Shown here in pieces: positions 26,300 through 39,500 of a DNA stretch of 64,000 nt; the stretch's first letter is position 1; the number at the start of each line of letters is the position of its first letter. Source of the stretch: Pecten maximus (lineage: Eukaryota); the NCBI RefSeq assembly GCF_902652985.1, contig NC_047025.1, positions 33,108,001-33,172,000 on the forward strand, given 5' to 3'. The position numbers and the translations under genes were made by a program. A model generated the notes under the pieces. The model was not told the origin of the DNA, made no database searches, and saw only the letters and a list, made by a program, of their open reading frames with translations.

Positions 26300-26800
26300 C
26301 ATTTTTTTATTTTTTTATTTTCTTGTTTATTTATTAAAACATATTTTATTGTATCATAAATATACAACGGGAATCACGCACAAATTTTCCAACTTATATG
26401 AAGGCCTTTTCCAAGAACAACACATGTAACACATAAATACTTACACAAGATAACAAGTAATAAGTTTGAAAACTTGTGCCCAATCCTCTTGTATATATTG
26501 ATACAAATAAATTATGTTTAAATCAAACAAGATAACATTAGAATTTAAGTATAGCGATATTACTTTCGGAATATCAGGAGTTAGGGAAGGGTAGAGATGG
26601 CATGTTTAGAAGTGCGTATGGAGGGAGAGAATGCTTAAGTCTCCTTCATTTACATTTTATGAAGAATAATTCGAATAATTTTTTACGAAAAAAGTTTTTT
26701 AAATATTGTTTTTAGACTGCGTGAATGATCTTTACCGACCCAGATGACATTAGTTCAGACATTCCACTATTCCATACGTTCAGCTGTTCAATGTTCATCA
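26300..26800 (-). mobile_element. Degenerate LINE 3' end (CR1-like)
   Basis: A-rich tail on the minus strand and an aacttata-containing 3' motif like that of the 24959 element. Coding remnants are weak. Confidence 0.35.
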
Positions 26801-27600
26801 TATCTCCTGCCATGTTTTACTTTCGTCTTTGTCTTTCCTTTCCTTATTGAGTATGTATTCGACAAAAGGCAACATTCACAAACCAGACATTTGATTAAAA
26901 AAACGTGAATATTACATTATGTATCATTTTTTTTTTTTTTTTGAAAAAAAAAAGGTCCGTAGTCATACTAGAAGTACAACAAACTAATTATGTTGTAGTC
27001 CAGCTTTCTTTGCTATTCTGTCTGATTTAGGATCGTCGCTCAATTTTTGGCACGGCTATGCAGGGTAAAACAATCATTTTATAAAAGTCGTACGTCTTTT
27101 TTACTTTGTTTTTTGAAGGAGTTTAAATGTTACCATAGACCTGATAAGTTAGCAGATCTATAGATGATCATTCACCACATAGACTTGACATGTTTATCGA
27201 TTTCATGTCAGAAGATTAGATAATATGAAAGAAAAGTAGTTTACGACGAAAGTTGTATTTTACGTGACGTTCAGCAATAGTAACATAAAGGTCGGTTACA
27301 ACGAATTTGTGAATCAACGTATCCAGAACTGGTGTCCAATGCCGTTACATGGATTGCGGTAAGCCTAACTTATCCGGGAGATGTTACATGCGAACAAATA
27401 ACACATTATCACTTGTTTGAAATGGAAACTTTATTTATTTTACAACAATTGAGAAACAAGTTATATCAACTTATATTAATCACGCCTGTTGGCCCGGATT
27501 GAATTGTGGCGTAAAGATGATTTTTCAGCAACTTTAAAGTTAGAAAAAATATTTTTCAGAAGCATATGCCGCTAAAAGGTTTTGCTTAGATTGGTTAGAA

Positions 27601-27766
27601 TTGTATTTGTTTGTTTTTTGTTTAACGTCCTATTAACAGCCAGGGTCATTTAAGGACGTGCCAGGTTTTGGAGATGGAGGAAAGCCGGAGTACCCGGAGA
27701 AAAACCACCGGCCTACAGTCAGTACCTGGCAACTGCCCCACGTAGGTTTCGAACTCGCAACTCAGA
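27601..27766 (-). mobile_element. V-domain tRNA-SINE, 5'-truncated copy with (AAAC)n-like tail
   Basis: B box gagttcgaaacc, V-like core ggtggtttttctccgggtactccggctttcctcca, and 3' end gtccttaaatgaccctggctgttaataggacgttaaacaaaaaacaaac. Confidence 0.85.
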
Positions 27767-28687
27767 ATTGTAATAAAAAAGATGAAAGTAACGCAACTGG
27801 AACTAATCAAATCGGAAATGTTACCATTTAAAAGTGAAAGAAAATGCATCACCACGAGTCAGTTCCCACCAAACACAACGTTAACCTAAATCATCGATGT
27901 TTATACGTTAAAAGAAGAGCAAGAAAACTGGTAATGCATGAGGAAATAGGGACAGCTATATGCGAGATTCACACGCTTTTCCCAGTAATTTAGATATCGT
28001 CCTCTGTTGCTCATGCAAGGACGTGTAATATTGGTAAAATACTGAAATAATAATAATAATGACCATACAATTGTATTTCAATAATACTTGCGATCAAAAT
28101 TCATTAGAATTAAATACATTGTTTGGTCTTAGTCACCTCGTTTCTGTACATGTGGCTTAATGGTGGATTCTGAATAAAATAAATTATAATAAAAAACACA
28201 CACGCACTTTTAAAATGTTCGCTACAAAACAGCTGCGGAGGCGGTCCAAATGATGGATTAATATGGCGCTTTCCATGCACTAATTCGAGTTAATTCAAAG
28301 TCTGAATGACCGTTGGTGATGGAAATTGGTGGTGATATTGTGTTTTCGCTGTATAGTTATCGACTAAGGGCATAGCTAGTTCAAGCGAAAAAGACAAGTA
28401 TAATATTATTTATACCAGAGTCTTGTATACTAGTAAAGTATATAGATCTGATTATACTGAAAGAAATGAATCACTTGCTACTATTTTATACACTCCTGAG
28501 GGTATAATGATAAAATCGTGATATTATAGCATTTCACATAGATCTTTAATTACCTTTAGGTGTCTTTGTTTACTGCTCCTATAATTAGAGAACAATTATA
28601 ATATATATCCCGGGGATGAGGATGTGTCTACCAGTTATTTTAAATTATACGGTCTGGTAATGATAATTACTTTCCATGCGGCAGAAA

Positions 28688-29013
28688 GGGGCGTGGCCAT
28701 AGAGACCTGATGGTGATGATAATTGGTATGCAAATTAGTATAATTAGTCACATACGTGACATATAAAGCTAGAAAACGAAAGGTAGATTTAACCATTCAT
28801 TTGACTAATTCATCGGCTGTAGTTGTTTGAACAGTTTCAAAGATAATTCCGTAGCATTACAAAACAAAAAACTACAACTTTATAGGATAAAGTTCGATTT
28901 GTTGAAAAAATGCATCCCAGTTCCAAATCTACAAGAATTCCCGTTGTTTATTCAAGGAAAAATAACACTATATGGCCGTGTTCTCGAAACTATAACAGCA
29001 TCAGACAAATGAT
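28688..29013 (+). promoter_or_regulatory. Candidate upstream TATA promoter and non-coding first exon 1A of the NuMA gene
   Basis: GGGGCGTGGC (28688), ATTGG (28722), ATGCAAAT (28728), palindrome GTCAC-atac-GTGAC (28747), TATAAAG (28762), Inr-like CATT ~30-35 nt downstream, and donor gtaagt at 29014. Confidence 0.55.
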
Positions 29014-29184
29014 GTAAGTATGTTTATCCGGGCATAAAATATGTGATAACACTTTTCACCAGACACCGGTTTCAACATGTAAACTTTTATTCCATCTGCC
29101 TGTCTTTAATTTACCTATATAAATAATTAAAAAAAAAGTGTCCATGTGTTTTCAAATATCCTACCATAAATGGAAATTATTCAA

Positions 29185-29426
29185 AATCTGTTTGAAATAT
29201 TTCTTTGTAATACAAATCCTACACGTGGCCTTGCACGCTTTCCAGACCAATGACCGTATTCTTCAGGTTAATTTTCAAAATTACTATCCAAAACGAGGCT
29301 GCCAGCGCAAAATTCAAAACAAATATGTCGCTGAGCAGGTGCCCCTGATCCAAGCACTGTGGTAAATAGAACTAAATTACAAACCATGCCGAATACTTTT
29401 TAAAAGATTGAACTGAACAGAAACGG
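29185..29426 (+). promoter_or_regulatory. Candidate cell-cycle (CCAAT/CHR-like) promoter and non-coding exon 1B of the NuMA gene
   Basis: TTTGAA (29191), CCAAT (29247), GCGCAAAATTCAAA (~29305-29319), and donor CGG|gtaagt at 29427. Confidence 0.5.
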
Positions 29427-30544
29427 GTAAGTTTTTTGTTGTTGTTTCTACCGACACAAGCCCTACACTTTGACTGATAGTGTATCTGCAAAGTTCTGCA
29501 CTACATTTTCCCGGGTCTTATAGAAATGGCAGATGAACTGATGAATCCGTTTCAGCCCAGGATTCATGATGCAGATCTCAGAGTTTCATATCGATAACAT
29601 GTTGATAAAATGAGCAACTTCGCAGATTTGGGAAGACCTCAATGTCCAATGTGTCTTAAATATATATATAAATGGATCACAAATAGTGCATGTAAACAAT
29701 GCAGTCGTTTTTTTTAACCCCGCCCACTGAGCCTTCCGTTTCTAATGCTATTGATGATCAATTATTGATCGATCATGAACAGAAAGGGAATTGAAATGTC
29801 TGCAAAAATATAAACCAAAATAGGGGAAATTGTTGTGAATATGTTTTAAGTCATCTTGCTATGTTTTAAAATGTTTTAATGCACTTTTATTTCATTTTAC
29901 CAATGATGTTCATTTATTAATTGTTGAAGTCGGCTGTAAATCTTGAAAATTTCAAAGGTAATATATAGTCAAACCATGATAGATCACAACAAATCATGAT
30001 CAATTAGTCATAGTCAGAGGTAAAATGATAATCATCGATTAATTTGAACAACACTAATAGATACATTTGCAAACCATCACATAATCATATATCATTTGTA
30101 AAGAACCCATGTGCTTGATTATAAGGCCTGTTGGCAAATGCAACCACACAGGGAATGGTTTGATTGGTAGCAAAAAAAAGAATATGTCGTACTGGAACAT
30201 ACCACACACAAATATGATATAGGATATTGTGTAGTTCTTCAATCTGTCATCTGTGACAAAAAGACTCCACAGAGAGCTTATGATTATATGTTTTATGAAA
30301 ATGCAACCACTGCAATCTACAGATAAATGTATTCACACCAATAGCTAATTGTAGATAGATATTTGCTTTACATTTAGTCAAATCCATGTTTACTTGCTAG
30401 GCAACCTACTACACATGACAGAGATTTGCATGTTCTAGGCCTAAGTGACTCCCATTTTGACAAATGTACATTATTTTTACGCTTTGTTTTTTTAGGTCAG
30501 AGAAAAAAGAAGAACTTTCAAAATATACATTTTTACCTGACAAA

Positions 30545-33500
30545 ATGGACCAGAGAAAGGAAAAGGCTCTCATCAACTGGGTAATTTATTACATTTAACA
30601 AATTAAAGGAAAAGAAAACTCATTTCTTTAGTTTTCGATTTCCCTATACTATATTTTGTATTTAATACTATAGAATGAGAAAATTTAGCACACATGACAA
30701 GTTATTTCAGTGTTTTTATCACAGCAATGTTTGCACTGAATTGAAACAGTATAGAGGCCTGTACATACCTTTGCTATTGGGAAAATAAATTGGTATTTTA
30801 ACTAACTGGGGAAATGTTATAACATATCTATTTAATGTTTAATTTAGCTTTGAAAGATAGAAAGTATCGGTTGTAGCATTAGTACATCTGCTTGAAATAC
30901 ATACTGATCAACATTTCTTTACACAAATTCATGTACAGGGACACCTTAACAATTTCTCATTGGGAATATATATGAACATGAAATTTGGAAAATCCAACAA
31001 AACTCACTAGGGAATTCGAAATGGACATGTATTCTACCCAAAATGTATATAGAGTTATATAATATATATGACTGTTTCAGTATCACGCTATTTCCATCGC
31101 TTAGAAACTTCTTGATAACAGTATCTATTACTTGAGGTTACCAAAATGATATGTGTTGAATGTTGTATTATGTTGTTATATAGGTGAATGCTCTGCTTCC
31201 CGAAATAAACATATCTCGATTGTTAGACCTAGCAGATGGACATGCGTTTATCAGTCTGATGAAACTGAGGTATAGTATTAAATATATATATGTATAATGT
31301 ATTGTTCCAAATATTGAATGTATGTATTTATTTATACCAAAAAATGTTGAATAATTTAACAGAATGATATTTTACTATGTATACAGTCTTGGTAGATCAA
31401 CATTCCTAGTTCTTGTTGTTTCACTGTGCAGTCTTTTGAATTTGCTCAGCATGGATTGTATGGTTTTGCTTTGTTTAAAAAATGATACAGCATAGTTGTT
31501 TACATTTAGAATAGAAATGGAAACGAAATTAGAATAATCCAAATTATTCACATATTTCAATATACTGTAAACTATTATATGAATTAAGGAAATTTTGATT
31601 TATGAACATTTGTTTGCATTGACTTCAGTGAGAAATGTGAGACTGTTGCCTCAACAACAGAGTGCTACATTAAAATTCGGGAATATATAGAAGGTAAGCA
31701 TGGGTTCATCAAGTATCAATACAAATTTTCAATTGCTGTTAAAGAAGCATGCAAGATATCTGCCTTTAAGTAAACCTAGAGCTTAGAAGTAGGGCAATTG
31801 AAATTACCTGGTGAAATCCCTGTACATTTCCTATGCGTCCTTTTTTATCCTTTCATCATTAGTAAGTAATGAATTATCTACTGATGGTATTTAAACAAGA
31901 ACTAGTCATTTCACTGAAATGTGATTTATTCATGAAATCATATTCTCATGCTCTGTATAAAGTTTTGGCAGATTGTTTTGTATTCAGGGTTCAGTGTCAG
32001 CAATACCATTAGCTGTTTGACTTTTATTTCAGAACACTACTTTACCAAACTGGAGTTAGATTCATCTGTCATCAATATACCATTGATTGTGAATGGTTCA
32101 TCACCAAGTAATTCTCAACTAGTAGAATGGGAGTTAGCCAAGGTAAGTTCGTGTGTAGTTTTTCTGGTATTGTACAGAAATTTAAAGTTGTTAAAAGTGA
32201 ATACAGTGTAATGCAAAGACTGGCAACAACAGTAATGAGGCTTAGAATTATCAACCATTGTAACTTTTTCTTCATATCTTATAATATTTTGCGTTTGACC
32301 ATTTATAGCAAAATTTATATCCAATTAATGATAGCCTATATCCTACATCCAATTAATGATAGCCTATATCCTACATCCAATTAATGATAGCCTATATCCT
32401 ACATCCAATTAATGATAGCCTATATCCTACATCCAATTAATGATAGCCTATATCCTACATCCAATTAATGATAGCCTATAACCTACATCCAATTAATGAT
32501 AGCCTATATCCTACATCAAGCTGTATCCTGGAACTATCCAATGTAGATAGCCGAATAGTGGTTATTACATTTAGATGTTTTGATATTTCACTTTAAGTAT
32601 GGTTGGGGAAAAATAGATGAGAACTTTCCTTAACAACAACGGATCCTACCAAATTTTCAAATTCATCTTGCATTTGATAAACAAAAATACTTTTTGATGT
32701 CATTAAGACACATTGTGTATTTTCCTCTTGCATCTAGATTTTGTATGCTTTACTTGGGGCATTTGTACAAGACAAGATGAAACAGACCTTTGTTGATGCT
32801 GCCCTGACCTTGTCTCAAGAAGAACAAATGGACATTATGCAACTCCTGGAACCTATGGTCACATCTCAAGATCTGACCACTCGTCTCCCAGCAGACTTTG
32901 CAGATATCTTAAAAAAGAAGAGAGAATATGGTATGTGTGTGCAATGATTGGAATGTGTCTTAGTATAATTAGCTGCACTGTGAGCTCAATACTATAAATG
33001 GCTTCTATTTAAACAGAATATTTTTATATTCAAAATCAAAGCTTTTACCAGATTTACTACTGGTGGTATGCAAAGATATCATAGTTTATCAAAAGATACA
33101 TATTGTCTGTTTTGACTTTTTTGTCTGTATTTAATGTTACATATATCATTGTTCCTGTGTTCCCAATTTTGTAGGTTTGATTGTCCTACACTGTATATGG
33201 GCCATTTGTGTAAAACAAGTAAAAATTTTACAAACAACTCAATATTTGTTTTAACAGGCCTCCAAAACAATTAAATTAATTACTAGAATAGGAATGATTA
33301 ACAAGAAATCCAGTTATGAATAAAAATTATTTTGGAGTCAGTTAGATATATGTAATGCATGTACTGAAATAGCCCTCAATACCATTTTAACATAAGTTGC
33401 TGATGAGCTCTATGATATAAAGGAATAGGATTGATCTAGTCAAATAAGATTGGAAATAGTTCACCAAATATATTATTTATATAAAACTTGATTAAAAATC

Positions 33501-36500
33501 AGGAACTGAAATTTATGTAATTTTTAAAACGTGCATGTTTATTGTATAATTCATAAATGTTATGTTGTGTTTCCCTCCCTCCAATCACAAACAACACTTG
33601 GTGAAGCCTTTTTATTCATCACAATTTTATAATTATTTCACATTGAAAATTTTGATTCTAATACTGACAAGATGCATTTTCTTTTCCAAGACCCTTCCCT
33701 GTTTGAGGAAAATTAATATTCACTTTTCTAAAGTTGTTTTGGTAGATTCTTGATAAATGCTAAGACTGTCTGTTAACTTTTCCGCCACCCTAACATGACT
33801 AAGATTAGACACATCCTTATTTTCCGTTTATCCTAGAGTCAACTTTTCACAAAGATGCTGATCTTTTCTTCAAACTAGTTACCCAGGGCAAAGGCATAGT
33901 AACATCAACGCCGACGGTTGACCAATCTTTCAACTTCCCAACTGGTATAACAATCATAACTATTACACATTTTTATAATCACAATTTACCTGGGGTTTTC
34001 CCAATGTTCTTCAATAATATTTTCAGTTAAATCTTCATAGTAACATTTATCATTCATTTGTTCATTTATTCACATGTTTCATCACTTCACCTATTAGTTA
34101 TTCATCACAATTCACTGAAACAGTGCTCCAGGTTACTGCATATATAGATCATCAGACTTATGCAGTTGATAAGATGAATTATGGCTCTTAATAATGCTAA
34201 ACGAAAGACAAAAAGATTTTCAAAATGTATATTACTATATATAGTAAGATTTTTACTTCTGAAATGGGGATGATCCCTGATCATTCTCCACTTCAGATTT
34301 AACAATACTCCTAGAACATTCTTGCTTCTCAATACTATTGAAATCTAATTAAATATGATCAAGAACTTTACTTATTGGGATGAATATCAACTTCAGGTTA
34401 ATACTTGAAGAAATGCTTAATTTGGTAACTAAAGTTCTGATTGTCAACGTGCTGCACATACTTAATTACTAATGATCTAGGTATTAAAATAACATATAAC
34501 TTATTTTTGGAGCAGATTTGTATGCTTCTACATCTACTTTTGAAGGGTGCAAATACCCTTTTTGAAAACAAATTAGAATGCTCACCCCTGCTTTTACAGT
34601 ACAGGTGTTTGTACAAAAAGTTGCCTGGAGCACTGCTTTAACACTCACTGTTATATATGTCTCATGATTTAATGTGTTTAAGGTTTCCGAATAGCTAGGG
34701 TAGGTCGGGCAGTAGACAGATTACTCTTACTGCATATCGATAAAAACAATTGATAACCTAAATCTAATTTACACTGGTGTTTCATTATGGAATTTCAGCT
34801 ATTTTCTATTCATGCACTATTTTTTCTGAAAATGTAGCTCAAAACTTTGGGGACAATCTTATAACCTGAAACTCATGATAATATTTAAACCTAAATTTCA
34901 CCCATTTTATTCAGATATATTCTTTTGTTGTAAATTGGTGCATTTTAATTCATATTCATAAAAATCTGATATTAAACTATGCATAACCCGTATTCCTTCT
35001 CTGTACTGCATGTACGTATGACATCCAGTTAGAAATGTCACAACTGTTCATGTCATATTCATACAAAGTAGAAATGGTCACTGATTACATCTGTAGGTTA
35101 GATCAAATGTTTAAACTCTGGAGCTTAAATCTGATTTAAATTTAGGCATGCATAAAATTACGATTACAATTTAACAAAATAGTGATATTCAGTTCTTGCC
35201 AGTTGAGACTATATTTTGATATATATTGTAGTGCATGTTTGATTTTGTGTAATATTGTCTTCATGTAAGGTCTTAAGTAAACAACTCTTCATATTTCAAA
35301 TATTGTATGTAAGTTGTATTTTGCTGGTGAAGGCTTGTTATTCCATGGTAAAATTGCTCAGATAAAATTTTGATATGCCGTGATTTCATGATTATTTTGT
35401 TTTGGTGGAATTAATTATAAAGGAAAAAGGCTATGTTGTTTTTCAGTGATAACTCCTATGTCGGTCATTTACAGTGATTTACACTGTTTTGCGTCCTTAC
35501 AATGCAATGGTCTACCTGGTAAATTTATGTTTTCATTAGCATTGTTGAGTTCACATTAAAATATTTTACTGTCATAGTATTTGTATATTTCATTCTTTGT
35601 GTGTCAAATCGAATTTATTTATGCTCAGTGTTTTAACTATTAGATGACAAAAGTGTACATCCTGTTTGTAGTTTGTAATGGTACACCTCTGACACCAGTT
35701 CCTTCCCTCCTGTCTTGCACAGCAAGGGGTAGTGGTCCCCATGAAATCAGCTCCCCAATGCGGATGTTGACTCTAGCTTCTCCAAGCCCTCTCACTCCTC
35801 TCTCGGCTCTCATGCAGTCACCTCAAGTGGCACAGAAGGTAAGTGTTAAGTTCAGTTCTGTAGCTCTGTAGAGTATTATGTCAGTGTTATGACAGAACCT
35901 GACCTGTATTCATAGTGACAATTAAAAAAATGTATATCTACCATGATATATCTATGTTAACTGAAATACCATTTTAGTTTTGTGGAAATAAATTTAAGAA
36001 TTGATCTTTACTTTAAAAGAAAAAGTTACCAATTTGCCAACGATGCAGGATTTATGGGTTCATCTCCAGGCAACAGATCCTACAAGATGTCTCACAAACC
36101 CCTCGTCTAATTTAGTTTATAATAGGTATAACGTGTAGATCTACACCTGATTATATTGTTCATCAGACAAGTAAAGGGTCATGGATATATAGATAGACAC
36201 TTCTAATTCAGAGTCTGTTTTTGAACAGATGTTGTTGAGACAAAAGGAGAAAGAGATCAGGAAACTGGAGATGGTTGTGGCAAGTGAGAGACACTTCAAG
36301 GATAATCTGGAGCTGGACATCAGAGAAAAATGTGAACAGCTTGGTCAGAGAGGTTGGTATAGCAGTTGTCTTATCAATGATCAGACTTGTTTAAAGATTC
36401 TACACTGCCAACAATACTTGTCACACAAATGCATAAAATGGCACCTGTGGTATAGAAATATCTAACGGACACCAACAAATGGCACCTGTGATATAGAAAT

Positions 36501-39500
36501 ATCTGACATAAACAAATGAAAAAGATCAATAACAGCCTCAAAAAAATGATATAAGACTAAAAGTTACGTACCAAATATAGAGATGTAGTCTGACAGAATC
36601 TCTTCTTGTTGCAATTATTTCTTAAAAATTATGATTTTTTTTTTAGAAAGGCGAATCCTTGAGTTGGAAGCATCACTAAAAGGCCAGAGAAATATCGCAG
36701 ATGTGTACGATGAACTGGAGTTAGTGAAACAGGAACGAGACCACCTTCAGAAGGAAATCAACAGGTGGGAAGTGTTTAAAATGGATTGTGATAGGAAATT
36801 TTGTCCAAATGAAGATTTAACCAAATATTCTAGAGATTTCTCCATAATCCGGTCTATAGAATGTATAAATTAATGTTCAGAGTTGCATGGTCACTGTTGA
36901 TTACCTATCTGTACACCACTTATAACTTTATATATTGATTCTGTTAACAGTTTATAATTTGAATTGAGAACAAATGTTTTAACGAGAATTAGGATTGATC
37001 TTAGTTCTTAGAAGTGAGGTATTTGGGGAAGCTTTAAACTTTGTACAGGATACATCTAATGAATACTGGAATCTCAACTTTAATTGTGTTTATTTAACTT
37101 ACAGTGCACAATTAAGATGTACCGAGTTACAGGACGTTAAAGATCACTGCAAGTTCCTAGAGAGGGAGAACAATGAGAAGATTACAGAAATAAAATCCTT
37201 GTCAAGTCAGGTAAGATAAAAAATAATTCCATTGTTACATTTAACTCCATATACGTGATTCCTACATGTTGATATTATTTTCTGAGTTAATATTCAGTGT
37301 TCTATTGAATTTTATTGACATTAACCTGTTTGGTGTGTTGAAATCTGTGTTTGGAAGAATTTTTATATTTAAAAAAATATCCTTGAAAACATGTGAATAG
37401 CAGAGTGCAAAATTTCGGGTAGCCAAAATAAAACAGTTTTCAAAAATAAATGTTCTCCATTTGAAAAAAAACCAAAACGAACATGATCACTTTTAAATAG
37501 TCCATGATTTGGTTGTACATTACAGCTATTGGCCTTAGAATCTTTGAAAAAGAGCCACGAGGAATACCGCAATAAGTGTCACCACCAGAAGCTGCAGATA
37601 GCTGAGATAGAGTCTGTACTTGAACATTGTAAGTCTGAATCTAAACAAGCCAAGCAAAAAGTGATGGAGCTGGAGGAATCTCGCGTCTCTTTACGACAAC
37701 AGTTGGATGAGATAAAAGCAGAGAAAACAGAAATGGAGGAAATGATGGCGATCACAGGTATGTTTAAGTTTGGATTTTATGAAAATTGTGGTTGGTCAGT
37801 TGTCTTAATTGCTTGTTAGCACCATATACTTTACAATATTATGTTATCATAGAGTAATTTTCTTGTTTTCTTAATTTGTGTTCATTAGAATAATTAATGA
37901 TTTTTAAAAAAAAAATGTGAAAAGAGTTGTGGATAGGAGTATCAGATAAATTTGATTGGAAACTAAACATGCAATCTGAATTTGGGAGCAGTAAAGCGAT
38001 ATTTGAAGATGTAGATTCCACTGTTACCAACATATTCTTAAATTTCATTTGTTACCTGTTTGTGGGTTTTGCAGCCATAGACTGCCACAACAAAAACGGT
38101 GAGAGTATGGGAATGATCATGGAGACACGCATCAAGGAGTTGGAGGAGCAGCTTAATGAGCTGAGGGAATCCTGGATTGACCCTGAGGCACATAGACGTC
38201 TGGAGAAGGAACTAGCCAATGTTGAAGAAACAAAGAGAATATTTGAGGTCAGTGTTAATGCTGTTACATTTCACATATCAGTAAAATTATAATTTCTTGG
38301 CTGAATTATAGGTGATATATTGAAAATTCATAATAATACAGATACTGTTGCCATGTGATAAATAACGGATAATAACTGTAAAAGTGTTCAAATTGTCACA
38401 TTTAGGGACAGAATCCTAATCTGAACATCACTGAAATTTCACATAGAGATTTACTGTCAGGCACAGGAAGAGTATGTCAGGCACACAGTGGGACACTTGC
38501 TAACTTGTCAGCCTTCTAAAATTTATGTAATTTGGAATCATCAATCTTGATGACTGATGAAATGTATTTAGTTCAAGTTACAATACATAGAATGAAGGGA
38601 ATGCTGTACTTTGATGATAAAATGGGTTATTATGATTTCGATATTTCAATTTCAGACCAAGTTCATGGAGACCCATCAGAACCTCTTGAAGAAGGATGAT
38701 GCAATTGAGCAAGTACAACAGGCTCTAGTGTCCAGCGAAAAAAATGCAGAGAAACTGGAGATAAATCTGTCAGAAATGACAACCCAGCTGGCTGCCCTTC
38801 AGACTGAAGGTGAAATTCTGAGGTCAAGGGAATCTGAGCTTACTTCACTACTACAGACAGCCAGCTCAGAGAAGCAGGCAGCAGAGGAAGATGTCGTTGG
38901 TCTACAGACAAAACTCTCGTATGCTCAAACAGAGATTCAGCTGTTGACTATGGTAGGTAACCTGATGGTGAAGACACATACGATTATTTATGGATCTCTT
39001 CAATGGCATTCTGATTTTATGGCGTATATATATAATGATCATGGTCTACCTATTAAAGGAATAGACATGTCCATTTTCTGGCTGATAAAGAGTCAATTTT
39101 CCTTGAAACTGCAATTTGTGTTTTGTCTTTATAATAGAAATTTCCTTTAAATGTTATAACCTAATTCAGAAAATAAAAACCTATGGTAGTAAATTCTTCT
39201 TCAGTACTCTCACGTTCTTGAGTTATTTGCTCAAAAAACTTAATTGGTTTGTCCTTACAGGAGGCTGAGGGACAAAAACTTGCCACAGAAGAGAGACGTC
39301 AGACTATGGTTGCATCGGTGGACCTGGCAAAATCTGAGCAGAAATCTATAGAACAAAAATTAGTTCTGGAGCAGGCCTCCTGGAAGACAAAATTGGACTC
39401 TCTTAACTCACAACTGCAGCAGCAGAGGGATGATGCAATAAAGGTGGAGGATGATCTCAAGTCCAAGCTGAAGGCCAGTCAGAGCAGCTTCAAACAACAG

